Shown piece after piece: positions 29,045 through 37,155 of a DNA stretch of 64,000 bases (position 1 is the stretch's first letter; every line of letters starts with the position of its first letter). The DNA comes from an uncultured Actinomycetes bacterium. Lineage in GTDB: Bacteria > Actinomycetota > Thermoleophilia > Gaiellales > Gaiellaceae. The position numbers and the translations under genes were made by a program. A model generated the notes under the pieces. It made no database searches. It was not told the origin of the DNA and saw only the letters and a list, made by a program, of their open reading frames with translations. The DNA lies in the NCBI GenBank assembly GCA_963747715.1, contig CAVVGB010000005.1, positions 111,808-175,807 on the forward strand. Reading direction: 5' to 3'.

Positions 29045-29968
29045 GTGCTTTCCTTTCCGCCGGTGACGGGCGAGACACGGCTGGTTCTGCGACTCCTCAT
29101 CGACCGGCGAAGGCGCGAGAAGATCGCCGTGCATGAGGCCGAGCAGTGGGCCGTGCGCCGGGGCTGGGAACGAGCCGCTTGCCTATGCGGGTGCGGCGGG
29201 TTCCCGCGAGCCGAGCGCTCCCGTTTCCTGCCGGGACACGACGGTGACGCTGTGCGCTGGAACCGTCTCCCCCGCAACCCCTCCGACGCCGCCGACCCTC
29301 CGCGGAAGTCAAGCGGGCGCAAGCAGATGCGGACGTGGAGCGCCGAGCAGTTGCGCACGTTCCTCGAATCGGACTCAGTGCGCAACGATCGCCTTTTCGC
29401 CGCTTACCGATTGGCTGCGACGACCGGGATGCGGCGGGGTGAAGTGCTCGGGCTGCGCTGGCGCGATGTAGACCTGCAGACCAGCCGCGTGTCAGTCGTG
29501 CAGACGCTGATCTCTGTGGACGCCGAGGCGCGCTTCTCCGAACCGAAGACGGCGAAGAGCCGCCGATCCGTGCCGCTCGACAGCGAGACGGTCACGGCGC
29601 TAAGGGAGCATCGGGACAGGCAGGAGTTGGAGCGACTGACGCTCGGCATGCCCCCCGAGAGCGAGCTTGTGTTTACGCAGCCGACCGGCGAGCCAGTGCA
29701 GCCACGCTGGTTCACGAAGGCGTTCGAGCGGCAGGCGAAGAAAGCGGGGCTTCCGAAGATCCGCCTGCACGACCTGCGGCACACGTGGGCGACGTTGGCG
29801 CTGCAGGCTGGACTGCACCCGAAGGTCGTGAGCGAGATCCTGGGTCACAGCTCGGTCAGCATCACGCTGGACGTGTACTCGGCCTCAATCCCCACGCTCA
29901 GCGAGACAGCGGTGGCAGTCGTGGCCTCGCTAGTCGCCCCATCGGGCCGCTCCACCGAAGAGCGCTAG
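29045..29968 (+). CDS. tyrosine-type site-specific integrase, N-terminal domain atypical or degraded
   Basis: The catalytic domain is intact (..TGMRRGEVLGL.., HDLRHTWATL, LGHSS, DVYS). Only about 95 aa precede it, with no recognisable core-binding domain. It ends 67 nt from the tRNA-Val 3' end. Confidence 0.85.
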   Translation: MLSFPPVTGETRLVLRLLIDRRRREKIAVHEAEQWAVRRGWERAACLCGCGGFPRAERSRFLPGHDGDAVRWNRLPRNPSDAADPPRKSSGRKQMRTWSAEQLRTFLESDSVRNDRLFAAYRLAATTGMRRGEVLGLRWRDVDLQTSRVSVVQTLISVDAEARFSEPKTAKSRRSVPLDSETVTALREHRDRQELERLTLGMPPESELVFTQPTGEPVQPRWFTKAFERQAKKAGLPKIRLHDLRHTWATLALQAGLHPKVVSEILGHSSVSITLDVYSASIPTLSETAVAVVASLVAPSGRSTEER

Positions 29969-29986
29969 GGTTTCAAGCGGGTTTCA
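29968..29986 (+). repeat. tandem GGGTTTCA x2 (putative integrase arm-type sites, right arm)
   Basis: GGGTTTCA-AGC-GGGTTTCA-CGG, lying between the integrase stop and tRNA-Val. Confidence 0.5.
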
Positions 29987-30035
29987 CGGAGGGACTCCCC
30001 ACACCCGAGGCCGCGTCCGAAGCGGCCTTCGTGAG

Positions 30036-30107
30036 TGGGCGCACCTGGGATCGAACCAGGGACCTCCCGCGTGTGAAGCGGGCGCTCTCCCGCTGAGCTA
30101 TGCGCCC
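30036..30107 (-). tRNA. tRNA-Val(CAC)
   Basis: Minus-strand sequence GGGCGCA TA GCTC AGCGGGA GAGC G CCCGC TTCACAC GCGGG AGGTC CCTGG TTCGATC CCAGG TGCGCCC A. CCA is not encoded. Confidence 0.95.
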
Positions 30108-30118
30108 GAGCCGCCACC

Positions 30119-30124
30119 AGTGTA
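30119..30124 (-). promoter_or_regulatory. -10-like TACACT 11 nt upstream of tRNA-Val
   Basis: The minus strand reads ..CTGACGGCGCTAGTCCGTCGC TACACT GGTGGCGGCTC G(+tRNA). The same element with the same spacing lies upstream of the pseudo copy at 33204..33209. Confidence 0.4.
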
Positions 30125-30517
30125 GCGACGGACTAGCGCCGTCAGGACCTTTCGATCTGCTGTGAAGAGCGGTCAGCGAACGCATCAACCGTCGAAGCGC
30201 GCGCCCACCAGCTCGGCCGCGTCCGCGTAGTCCGATTGGCCCCTCGGCAAGCGAAGCGTGCGCCGACGTCACGGCGGCCTTGCGCGCACGCAGCGTGGTC
30301 AGGAGCTCACGCTTACTGAGCTCGGCCTCGGACGTTCGCTGGACGAACTGGCTCAAACGCGGCCACCTGCCGCTCGAGCGCGGCCGTCGCCGAAGCGAGC
30401 GCGTCGGCGTCGCCGTCGATCGTCGTGAGAGATTCGCCGAGATCGTCATAGCCCTTCCGCAGGCCTGCGCCCGGCGCGACGGGAACGATCGAGGGAGCCC
30501 CGCGAGGACGCCGCGGC

Positions 30518-33043
30518 TTAGTCTTGAGCGGAGGCTTCTCCCGCTTCCGGCGTGAGAATGCGGGACGGAGGGGCCTCGGCGCGGGGTAGTTCGAAGAAGA
30601 ACGTCGAGCCCTCGCCGGGCTCAGATTCCACCCAGATTCGGCCGCCCATCCGCTCGATGAGCTCCTTGCAGATGTAGAGGCCGAGGCCCGTCCCACCCAC
30701 GCCCCGAGTCATCGCGGGATCGAGCCGGTAAAACTTTTCGAAGATCCGCTCCTGCTCCTCAGAGGGGATGCCGAGGCCTTCGTCGCTGACGCTGAAGCGC
30801 ACAACGCTGTCCTCTTCCTTCACACCGACCTCGATGAGGCCGCCGTCGGGTGAGTACTTGATTGCGTTCTCGACGAGGTTGACGACGACCTGTCGAACTT
30901 TGTCTCGATCGGCAACGACCAGCGGCGCGGATCCCGGTGCGACGATCGTGAGCACGATGTTGGGCGGGGCGTGGGTTCTGACGGACTCGACGACCCGATC
31001 CAAGAAGTCGAGCGCTTCGAACGGTTCACTCGCCGTGTCGATTTGGCGTGCCTCGAGCTGGTTGGCGAGCAGGATCTCGTTGACGATCCGGCCTAGCCGA
31101 TCCGACTCGTCGACGATGAGGGAGACGAAGCGCTCGCGGCCGGCCTCATCGAGCGCGAAGTCGTGCCGCCTCAACGTTTGGGCGGCGCCGTAAACGGCGG
31201 CCAGCGGCGTACGCAGCTCGTGCGAGGCGGTCGCCACGAAGTCGGCCTTGAGCTCCTGGAGGCGCCGATCGTCGGTGACGTCACGAAAGGCATAGACCGT
31301 TCCACCAAAGAATTGGACGGCCGAGATGGAGATCCAGCGTTCGCCCTCCTCGGTCTCGACGGGAAGGGTCTCCGCGTGCACGGGCTCGCGCGAGTGCGCC
31401 ACCGGGATTCGCTCGACGAGGGCCTGCCAGCCTGGGATCGCTTCGCCAACTGAATGATCCAGCACCGATGCGGCGGCGAAGCCCGTGATGGTCTCGGCCG
31501 CCGGATTCCAAAGCCGAATCACGCCACCGCGATCGACGAGAAAGACGCCGTCCCCGACGTGTGCGAGCACGCGGGCCGCATCCGCCCGCTCCTCGACCTC
31601 GCGCTGTAGGCCGCCGCTGTCGATAGCGATGGCCATCGCCTCCGCAAGGTTCTGCGCGAGCGCAAGGTCGTCTCCACCGTACGAGCGCCCGGGCGCCTCC
31701 GTGATGAGTGTCACGGCCCCAAGCGCCCGACCGCGTGCCATCAACGGCGCATGGATCCGCGAGGCTGTCAGCTTTGGACGGCCCTTTCGAACGACCTCCA
31801 ACACCGCGGGCTCGGGCTCGGAGCCCGGTTCCATAACAGAGCTAGCCGATTCGCCGCGAGCGATCGCGAACCGAAGCGGCGCCGACTCTTCGACCAGGTC
31901 GACGACGCACCAATCGCAGATATCGCGCACGGCGAGGTCCGCCACCCTTCTGATCGTCGACTCGAACTCCGACGAGGAGGCAAGAAGAGAAGCAGCGTGC
32001 GCCATGAAGTCGAGCTTCCGCTGCCTGCTCAGCGACTCGGTCGTCGCCGCTCGCTCCGCCGCCAGCAGGCGTTCGCGTTCATCCGCGAAGCGCCGGCCCT
32101 CGCCCACGTCGGCCAGGTATCCCTGGACGAAAAGGGGCTGGCCGGCCGCGTTGCGCACGGTCACCGCCTCGTCGCGCACCCAGACAATCCGGCCGTCACG
32201 CGATAGCATCCGGTACTCGGAACGGAAGGGCTGTCCATTCGGATGGACTGCAGCGGCCTCCTGGGCCACTCGTTGGCGATCGTCGGGGTGGACGAGCCGT
32301 GAGAAGAGGTCCGGCTGAGCCATCCAATCTTCCCGCGAGAACCCGAGAAGCTCGTTGACCTGAGGGCCGATGTAAAGAGTCGCGCCCCGGTTGCCAAGTT
32401 CGTGCACGTACGGCACGACCGGTAGACGCTCGGTCAGCGAGCGGTACTTCGCCTCGACTTCGTCGATTAGCGCTCGCGTGCGCGCCGACTCGCTGACATC
32501 CGTGGCAGTGAGAACGGCGCCGGCCGTCTCGCCGCTTGCGCCACGGATCGGCACCGCGGTCAAAGAAACGGAGATTTCCGCCCCATCCTTGCCTCGATGG
32601 ACGGCCTCTTCAGCGCGGACCTCGTCACCACCGCGCATCGCGTCGAGCAGGCGAGTGGCTGCGTCCGCGTCACCCTCGCCTGCCCAGAGGAGCGACACAT
32701 CCTGCGCAACGACGTCTTCAGCCTCGTAGCCGTACAAGGCCGCTGCGCCCGGGCTCCAGTCGACGATCGCACCGCCTGTATCGACACTGACGATCGCGGC
32801 GGTCGCGCCTGCCCGGGTGGCGTCCAACTCAGCCGCCAGCAACCGCTGCGCAAGCGTTCGACGCCGCAGGCGGCCGGCCACGATCGCCACTGCCGTCATC
32901 GCCACCGCGATGGCGAGCGCGGCTGCCACTGCGGGCGGAAATCGCTCGGGCCAGACAGCTGCCGGCACCGTTACGGCAGCCACGACCAGTCCTGTGACCA
33001 GAACGGCGGCGAAGGGCATGCGCGACGGGCTGATTCGCATCAT
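30518..33043 (-). CDS. sensor histidine kinase with TM, multiple PAS and GAF domains (orphan)
   Basis: ATG pair at 33043/33040 (MMRISPSRMPFAAVLV..). Carries PAS repeats, a GAF region, the HisKA motif ASHELRTPL and HATPase_c (GGTGLGL). No response regulator gene is adjacent. Confidence 0.9.
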   Translation of the reverse strand: MMRISPSRMPFAAVLVTGLVVAAVTVPAAVWPERFPPAVAAALAIAVAMTAVAIVAGRLRRRTLAQRLLAAELDATRAGATAAIVSVDTGGAIVDWSPGAAALYGYEAEDVVAQDVSLLWAGEGDADAATRLLDAMRGGDEVRAEEAVHRGKDGAEISVSLTAVPIRGASGETAGAVLTATDVSESARTRALIDEVEAKYRSLTERLPVVPYVHELGNRGATLYIGPQVNELLGFSREDWMAQPDLFSRLVHPDDRQRVAQEAAAVHPNGQPFRSEYRMLSRDGRIVWVRDEAVTVRNAAGQPLFVQGYLADVGEGRRFADERERLLAAERAATTESLSRQRKLDFMAHAASLLASSSEFESTIRRVADLAVRDICDWCVVDLVEESAPLRFAIARGESASSVMEPGSEPEPAVLEVVRKGRPKLTASRIHAPLMARGRALGAVTLITEAPGRSYGGDDLALAQNLAEAMAIAIDSGGLQREVEERADAARVLAHVGDGVFLVDRGGVIRLWNPAAETITGFAAASVLDHSVGEAIPGWQALVERIPVAHSREPVHAETLPVETEEGERWISISAVQFFGGTVYAFRDVTDDRRLQELKADFVATASHELRTPLAAVYGAAQTLRRHDFALDEAGRERFVSLIVDESDRLGRIVNEILLANQLEARQIDTASEPFEALDFLDRVVESVRTHAPPNIVLTIVAPGSAPLVVADRDKVRQVVVNLVENAIKYSPDGGLIEVGVKEEDSVVRFSVSDEGLGIPSEEQERIFEKFYRLDPAMTRGVGGTGLGLYICKELIERMGGRIWVESEPGEGSTFFFELPRAEAPPSRILTPEAGEASAQD

Positions 33044-33149
33044 CGGCGAGAGATGCGCAGTTGGAGGGACTGACGGGACGACCTCTAAGTGAAGCACCCT
33101 CCGTGGAGGTTCGCAACCATGGCAACGCTTCCTCCGCGAGCGCAGGGCT

Positions 33150-33192
33150 CCGCGAAGGTGAAGTGGGCGCCGTGCCGCTGAGCTATGCGCCC
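33150..33192 (-). pseudogene. tRNA-Val 5'-half pseudogene
   Basis: GGGCGCATAGCTCAGCGG is identical to the tRNA-Val 5' end. By hand alignment 31 of 35 nt match the real gene. There is no T arm or acceptor 3' strand. Confidence 0.6.
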
Positions 33193-33224
33193 GGGCCAAG
33201 GCCAGTGTAGCGCCGGAACACGGG

Positions 33225-33230
33225 TACAAT
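33225..33230 (+). promoter_or_regulatory. -10-like TACAAT upstream of the SRP RNA
   Basis: TACAAT lies 7 nt before the inferred 5' end of ffs. Confidence 0.4.
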
Positions 33231-33237
33231 TCATGAT

Positions 33238-33513
33238 CCCGGTCGCGCTAAGTGGGGAGCTAGCGGTTCCCTGAACCCGCAATCCGCTCTAGCGGGGCCG
33301 AACTCCTTCCCAAGGGGGTTGTGTTCGAGGTAGGGCTTGCGCACGCAAGCGATGACGGCCAGGTTCCGCGCACTGGGAGCCTGCGAACCGCGTCAGGTCC
33401 GGGAGGAAGCAGCGCTAAGCAGCGCCTCTCAGGTGCCGCGGGTCGACCTGGCCCGAGTGAGCGTCGCACCGCACCGCCCCGAGCCCGCCTTCGACGGAGG
33501 GTGCGCGACCGGG
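33238..33513 (+). ncRNA. ffs: signal recognition particle RNA, large (Alu-domain, Bacillus-type)
   Basis: The 5' part GGTCGCGCTAAGTGGGGAGCTAGCGGTTCCCTGAACCCGCAATCCGCTCTAGCGGGGCCGAA parallels B. subtilis scRNA as I recall it. Conserved domain IV GTCAGGTCCGGGAGGAAGCAGC is present. The 5' CCCGGTCGCGC pairs with the 3' GTGCGCGACCGGG. The location upstream of dnaX is classical. Confidence 0.9.
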
Positions 33514-33535
33514 CTTATTGTTCTCCGACCGCCGC

Positions 33536-35107
33536 GTGACCGCCCTCTACCGCAAGTATCGACCGCAGGATTTCGACGAGGTCGTCGGACAAGAAGCCGT
33601 CGTCCAGACGCTTCGAAACGCGATCGAGCGCGACCAGGTGCGCCAGGCGTACCTCTTCGCCGGCCCGCGCGGAACGGGAAAGACGTCGCTCGCGCGCATC
33701 CTCGCAAAGTCTCTGAACTGCGAGAAGGGCCCGACTGCGACACCGGACAAGACGTGTAACTCATGCCGGACGATCGCTGCGGGCACGTCGCTCGACGTGA
33801 TCGAGATGGACGCTGCCAGCCAGCGCGGCATCGACGACGTGCGCGAGATCCGCGACCACGTCGTCCTCCAGCCCGTCGAGGGCCGTTACAAGGTGTACAT
33901 CCTCGACGAGGCGCACCAGCTCACGCCGGCCGCCTTCAACGCGCTCCTGAAGCTGATCGAGGAGCCGCCCCCGCACCTCGTCTTCATCTTCTGCACGACG
34001 GAGCTCGCGGAGATGATGCCGACCGTCCGGTCGCGCTGTCAGACGTTCCTCTTCACGCGGCCGCGCTTCGCCGAGCTCTCCAAGCTCTTGCGCCGTGTTG
34101 CCGACGGCGAGAAGCTCGAAGTGCCTGACGCGTCGCTCTCGCTCATCGCGCGGAGCGCGCGCGGCAGCTTCCGCGACGCCGTCTCCCTGCTCGACCAGCT
34201 CGCCGCCGCGACGGACGGGAAGATCACGGTGCAGTCGGTGCTGCAGCTCCTCGGCGCCGTCGAGGAGGAAGCGCTCTTCCGCATCTGCGACCTCGTCGTC
34301 GATCGCGACACCGCCGGCCTGCTCGCCTTCGTCGAGGAGCTCGCGGACCAGGGTCAGGATCTCGCGCGGCTCGTCCACGACCTGCTCGAGCATCTTCGCC
34401 ACCTCCTGCTCGTCCAGCACACGGGCGAAGTGCCCGACTCCCTTCCCGTGACGCCCGAGACACGTGAGCGGCTGCGCTCACAGGCCAACCAGCTCGGGGA
34501 GCCCGAGGTTCTCCGCCTCATCGACCTGCTCGCCGTCGCGGTCGAGGACGTCCGCCAGGGCGGCGACCCGCGCCTGCCGCTCGAGCTCGCGCTCGTCAAG
34601 GTGACGCGCCCGGGCGCCGACCTCTCGCGCGAGTCGCTCTCCTACCGAATCGAGCAGCTCGAGTCTCGCGCGCGCGGGGCCAATGAGCCGAGGGCGGAGC
34701 GCGCCGACGAGCCACCCGCGCCGACGCCGCCTCCCGCTCCACGCGACCTCGACCTCGAACAGCTCCAGAGCGCGTGGCAACAGGCCGTCGTGCCGGCCGT
34801 CGCGGGCCGGTCCATTCCCGCGTCGTCGGTTCTCGCCGAGGGGAAGCCGGCGGCGCTCGAAGGCGAGCGCCTCGTCGTCGAGTTTCCCCCGGCCGCGTCG
34901 TTCCACCGCAACCTCGCGGAGGAGCCGAAGAACGCCGAGCTTCTCGGCGAGGTGCTCTACGAGGTGACGGGCCGCCGGCTCGCCGTCGACTTCGTGCTCG
35001 GCGAAGGGAGCCACGAGGAGCCCGCAGAGGAGACGCCTGCAACGGAAGAGGAGATCATCTCGCTCATGAAGAGCACGTTCGACGCCCGCGAAGTCCACGA
35101 GGAGTAA
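33536..35107 (+). CDS. dnaX: DNA polymerase III subunit gamma/tau
   Basis: GTG at 33536 gives (M)TALYRKYRPQ.F.EVVGQ. Walker A GPRGTGKTS is present. The ORF-track TTG at 33518 would abut the SRP RNA. Confidence 0.95.
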   Translation: MTALYRKYRPQDFDEVVGQEAVVQTLRNAIERDQVRQAYLFAGPRGTGKTSLARILAKSLNCEKGPTATPDKTCNSCRTIAAGTSLDVIEMDAASQRGIDDVREIRDHVVLQPVEGRYKVYILDEAHQLTPAAFNALLKLIEEPPPHLVFIFCTTELAEMMPTVRSRCQTFLFTRPRFAELSKLLRRVADGEKLEVPDASLSLIARSARGSFRDAVSLLDQLAAATDGKITVQSVLQLLGAVEEEALFRICDLVVDRDTAGLLAFVEELADQGQDLARLVHDLLEHLRHLLLVQHTGEVPDSLPVTPETRERLRSQANQLGEPEVLRLIDLLAVAVEDVRQGGDPRLPLELALVKVTRPGADLSRESLSYRIEQLESRARGANEPRAERADEPPAPTPPPAPRDLDLEQLQSAWQQAVVPAVAGRSIPASSVLAEGKPAALEGERLVVEFPPAASFHRNLAEEPKNAELLGEVLYEVTGRRLAVDFVLGEGSHEEPAEETPATEEEIISLMKSTFDAREVHEE

Positions 35108-35117
35108 GGAGCCCGCC

Positions 35118-36113
35118 ATGCGCATCGAATCGTCCGTGACCGCCATCTCGTGGATTCCCCGCGAGGCCATCCAGGGTCTTCCGAAGATCCCGTTCGACCT
35201 CGGCATCGGCCACTACGACGAGCCGCCGCCCGACCAACTCGACGAAGGCGGGCTCGAGCGCCTGCGGCAAGCAGACCGCCTGCGCGAAGCGAACCACTTG
35301 AAGGCGTGGATCGAGGTCGAAGACGGCAAGGTGGTCGGCCATGGTCATGAAGGCGGCGCCGTGGTCGGCTCGACGACGTTCCGCATGGGCCCGAAGGACG
35401 TGGTTTTCGCGGGAGTCCCGTTCGAGATCCTGCAGCCCGAGCCGGAGGTCTTCGACGACCGCATCCGCTTCGTGCAGACCGTCGGCGGACGCGCCGGCTT
35501 CCCCGCCCCGCGCCTGGTGAAGGGAAAGCCCTTCTTCCGCATCCACTCCGCGACCGCCTGGACCACGCTGGCGCTCACGATCCGTGCGGACGGGTCGTCA
35601 GATCACGAGCTCGTCGGCGCGAGCACGTTTCCCCGTCACTGGATCTATGACCGCGACGGGAACCTCACGCACAAGGCGGGGACCATCGACTTCAAGAAGT
35701 GGTACCGCGAGGCTCACGGCGAGCACACGCCCTGGGGTGCGGAGGACTCGGATGCCTTCGTGACGCAGGCCGAGAGCGCGCTCGAGCGGCAGATCTCGGC
35801 GGACCTCATGCAGCGGGGAGCGACCGTCGGACGGCGCAAGCTGGCCCAGGACGAGACGCTCGTGGAGGAAGGCGCGCCCGCCGACGAGCTGTACCTCGTC
35901 CTCGACGGCGTGCTTGCCGCGGAGGTGGGCGGCGAGGAGCTCGCCCAGGTAGGGCCGGGCGCCATCCTCGGAGAGGGCGCCGTCGTCGGCGGCGGGAAGC
36001 GCAACGCGACGCTCCGCGCCTGTACACCCGCACGGGTCGCCGTCATCGCGGCCGATCAGATCGACCGCGAGGCGCTCGAGACGCTGGCCGCCGGCCGGCG
36101 CGCAGACGCGTAA
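35118..36113 (+). CDS. protein with unknown N-terminal domain and C-terminal cyclic-nucleotide-binding domain
   Basis: AAGGAG lies before the ATG. The C-terminal 110 aa follow the CAP_ED pattern (..ELYLVLDGVL..GPGAILGEGAVV..KRNATLRA..). Confidence 0.8.
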   Translation: MRIESSVTAISWIPREAIQGLPKIPFDLGIGHYDEPPPDQLDEGGLERLRQADRLREANHLKAWIEVEDGKVVGHGHEGGAVVGSTTFRMGPKDVVFAGVPFEILQPEPEVFDDRIRFVQTVGGRAGFPAPRLVKGKPFFRIHSATAWTTLALTIRADGSSDHELVGASTFPRHWIYDRDGNLTHKAGTIDFKKWYREAHGEHTPWGAEDSDAFVTQAESALERQISADLMQRGATVGRRKLAQDETLVEEGAPADELYLVLDGVLAAEVGGEELAQVGPGAILGEGAVVGGGKRNATLRACTPARVAVIAADQIDREALETLAAGRRADA

Positions 36114-36143
36114 TCTGACAGCCCACGAGAAGGGCGGTTCGCC

Positions 36144-36464
36144 GTGAAGATGGACATGAACAAGATGCTGCAGCAGGTGCAGCAAATGCAGGAAGAGATG
36201 GCGCGGGCCCAGGAGGAGCTCGCCAAGGAGACCGTCGAAGCGTCTGCGGGCGGCGGGATGGTCGTCGTCAAGGCGACCGGCGCCGGCGAGATCGTCGAGA
36301 TCAAGATCTCGCCCGAGGCGATCGACCCCGAGGATCCCGAGGGACTTGCAGACCTCATCCTTGCCGGCGTCAACGAGGCGCTGCGAAACGCCCAGGAGCT
36401 CATGCAGTCCAAGCTGGGAGGCGCGGTCGGCGGCCTCAAGGGGCTCGGCCTCCCCGGCCTGTAG
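36144..36464 (+). CDS. ybaB: YbaB/EbfC family nucleoid-associated protein
   Basis: 106 aa. MNKMLQQVQQMQEEM... and ..GGGMVVVKATG.. are typical of the family. Confidence 0.9.
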   Translation: MKMDMNKMLQQVQQMQEEMARAQEELAKETVEASAGGGMVVVKATGAGEIVEIKISPEAIDPEDPEGLADLILAGVNEALRNAQELMQSKLGGAVGGLKGLGLPGL

Positions 36465-36477
36465 AACACAGGGGCTG

Positions 36478-37068
36478 ATGTTCAGCCCGCTCGTCGACAA
36501 CCTGATCGCCCAGCTCTCGCGCCTGCCCGGTATCGGCACGCGCACGGCGCAGCGGCTCGCGTTCCATCTTCTGCGCGTCTCGAAGGAAGAGGCCTTCGCC
36601 CTCGCCGACGCGATTCGCGAGGTGAAGGAGCGCATCGGCTTTTGCCGCGAGTGCGGGAACCTCACCGAGGAGGAGCTCTGCGCGATCTGCCAGGACACCC
36701 GGCGCGACCGCTCCGTCATCTGCGTCGTCGAGCAGCCCGCCGATCTCCTCTCGCTCGAGCGCACGCACGAATTCCGCGGCGTCTACCACGTGCTCGGCGG
36801 CGCGCTCTCCCCGCTCGACGGGATCGAGCCGAAGGACCTCCGCATCGACGAGCTCGTTCAGCGTGTGGAGCGGAACGGCGTCGCAGAGGTCGTGCTGGCC
36901 ACCAACCCCAACATGACCGGAGAGGCGACCGCGGCCTACCTAGCCGACCGCCTGCGCGACCGCACCCGGGTGACGCGGCTGGCCTCGGGCCTTCCGGTCG
37001 GCGGCGACCTCGAGTACGCCGACGAGGTGACTCTCGGCCGGGCGCTCTCAGGCCGGCGCGAGATGTGA
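36478..37068 (+). CDS. recR: recombination protein RecR
   Basis: ATG at 36478. LPGIGTRTAQRLAFHLL, a Cys4 zinc finger and a Toprim domain. Confidence 0.95.
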   Translation: MFSPLVDNLIAQLSRLPGIGTRTAQRLAFHLLRVSKEEAFALADAIREVKERIGFCRECGNLTEEELCAICQDTRRDRSVICVVEQPADLLSLERTHEFRGVYHVLGGALSPLDGIEPKDLRIDELVQRVERNGVAEVVLATNPNMTGEATAAYLADRLRDRTRVTRLASGLPVGGDLEYADEVTLGRALSGRREM

Positions 37069-37080
37069 TAGGCTGGTCAG

Positions 37081-37121
37081 GTTGAGCCGAGGGACCGAAA
37101 GGTCTGTCGGCTCAACTTTTT
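37081..37121 (+). terminator. Rho-independent terminator after recR
   Basis: Stem GTTGAGCCGA...TCGGCTCAAC (10 bp, extended by GACC/GGTC) followed by TTTTT. Confidence 0.8.
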
Positions 37122-37155
37122 AAGGGCCGCCGGGGGTCGAACCTAGAATCACTCC

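Noticed and set aside
30140-30480. Coding-like minus-strand segment between the histidine kinase stop and tRNA-Val (..GLRKGYDDLGESLTTIDGDADALASATAALERQVAAF.. then, after a +1 shift, ..FVQRTSEAELSKRELLTTLRARKAAVTSAHASL..).
   Set aside because: There is no canonical start codon, it needs a frameshift, and no family is recognised. It is probably a gene remnant, and I left it unannotated.
33536-35107. Programmed -1 frameshift or transcriptional slippage site in dnaX (gamma/tau), as in E. coli and Thermus.
   Set aside because: I saw no A-rich slippery heptamer or homopolymer A run in the gene.
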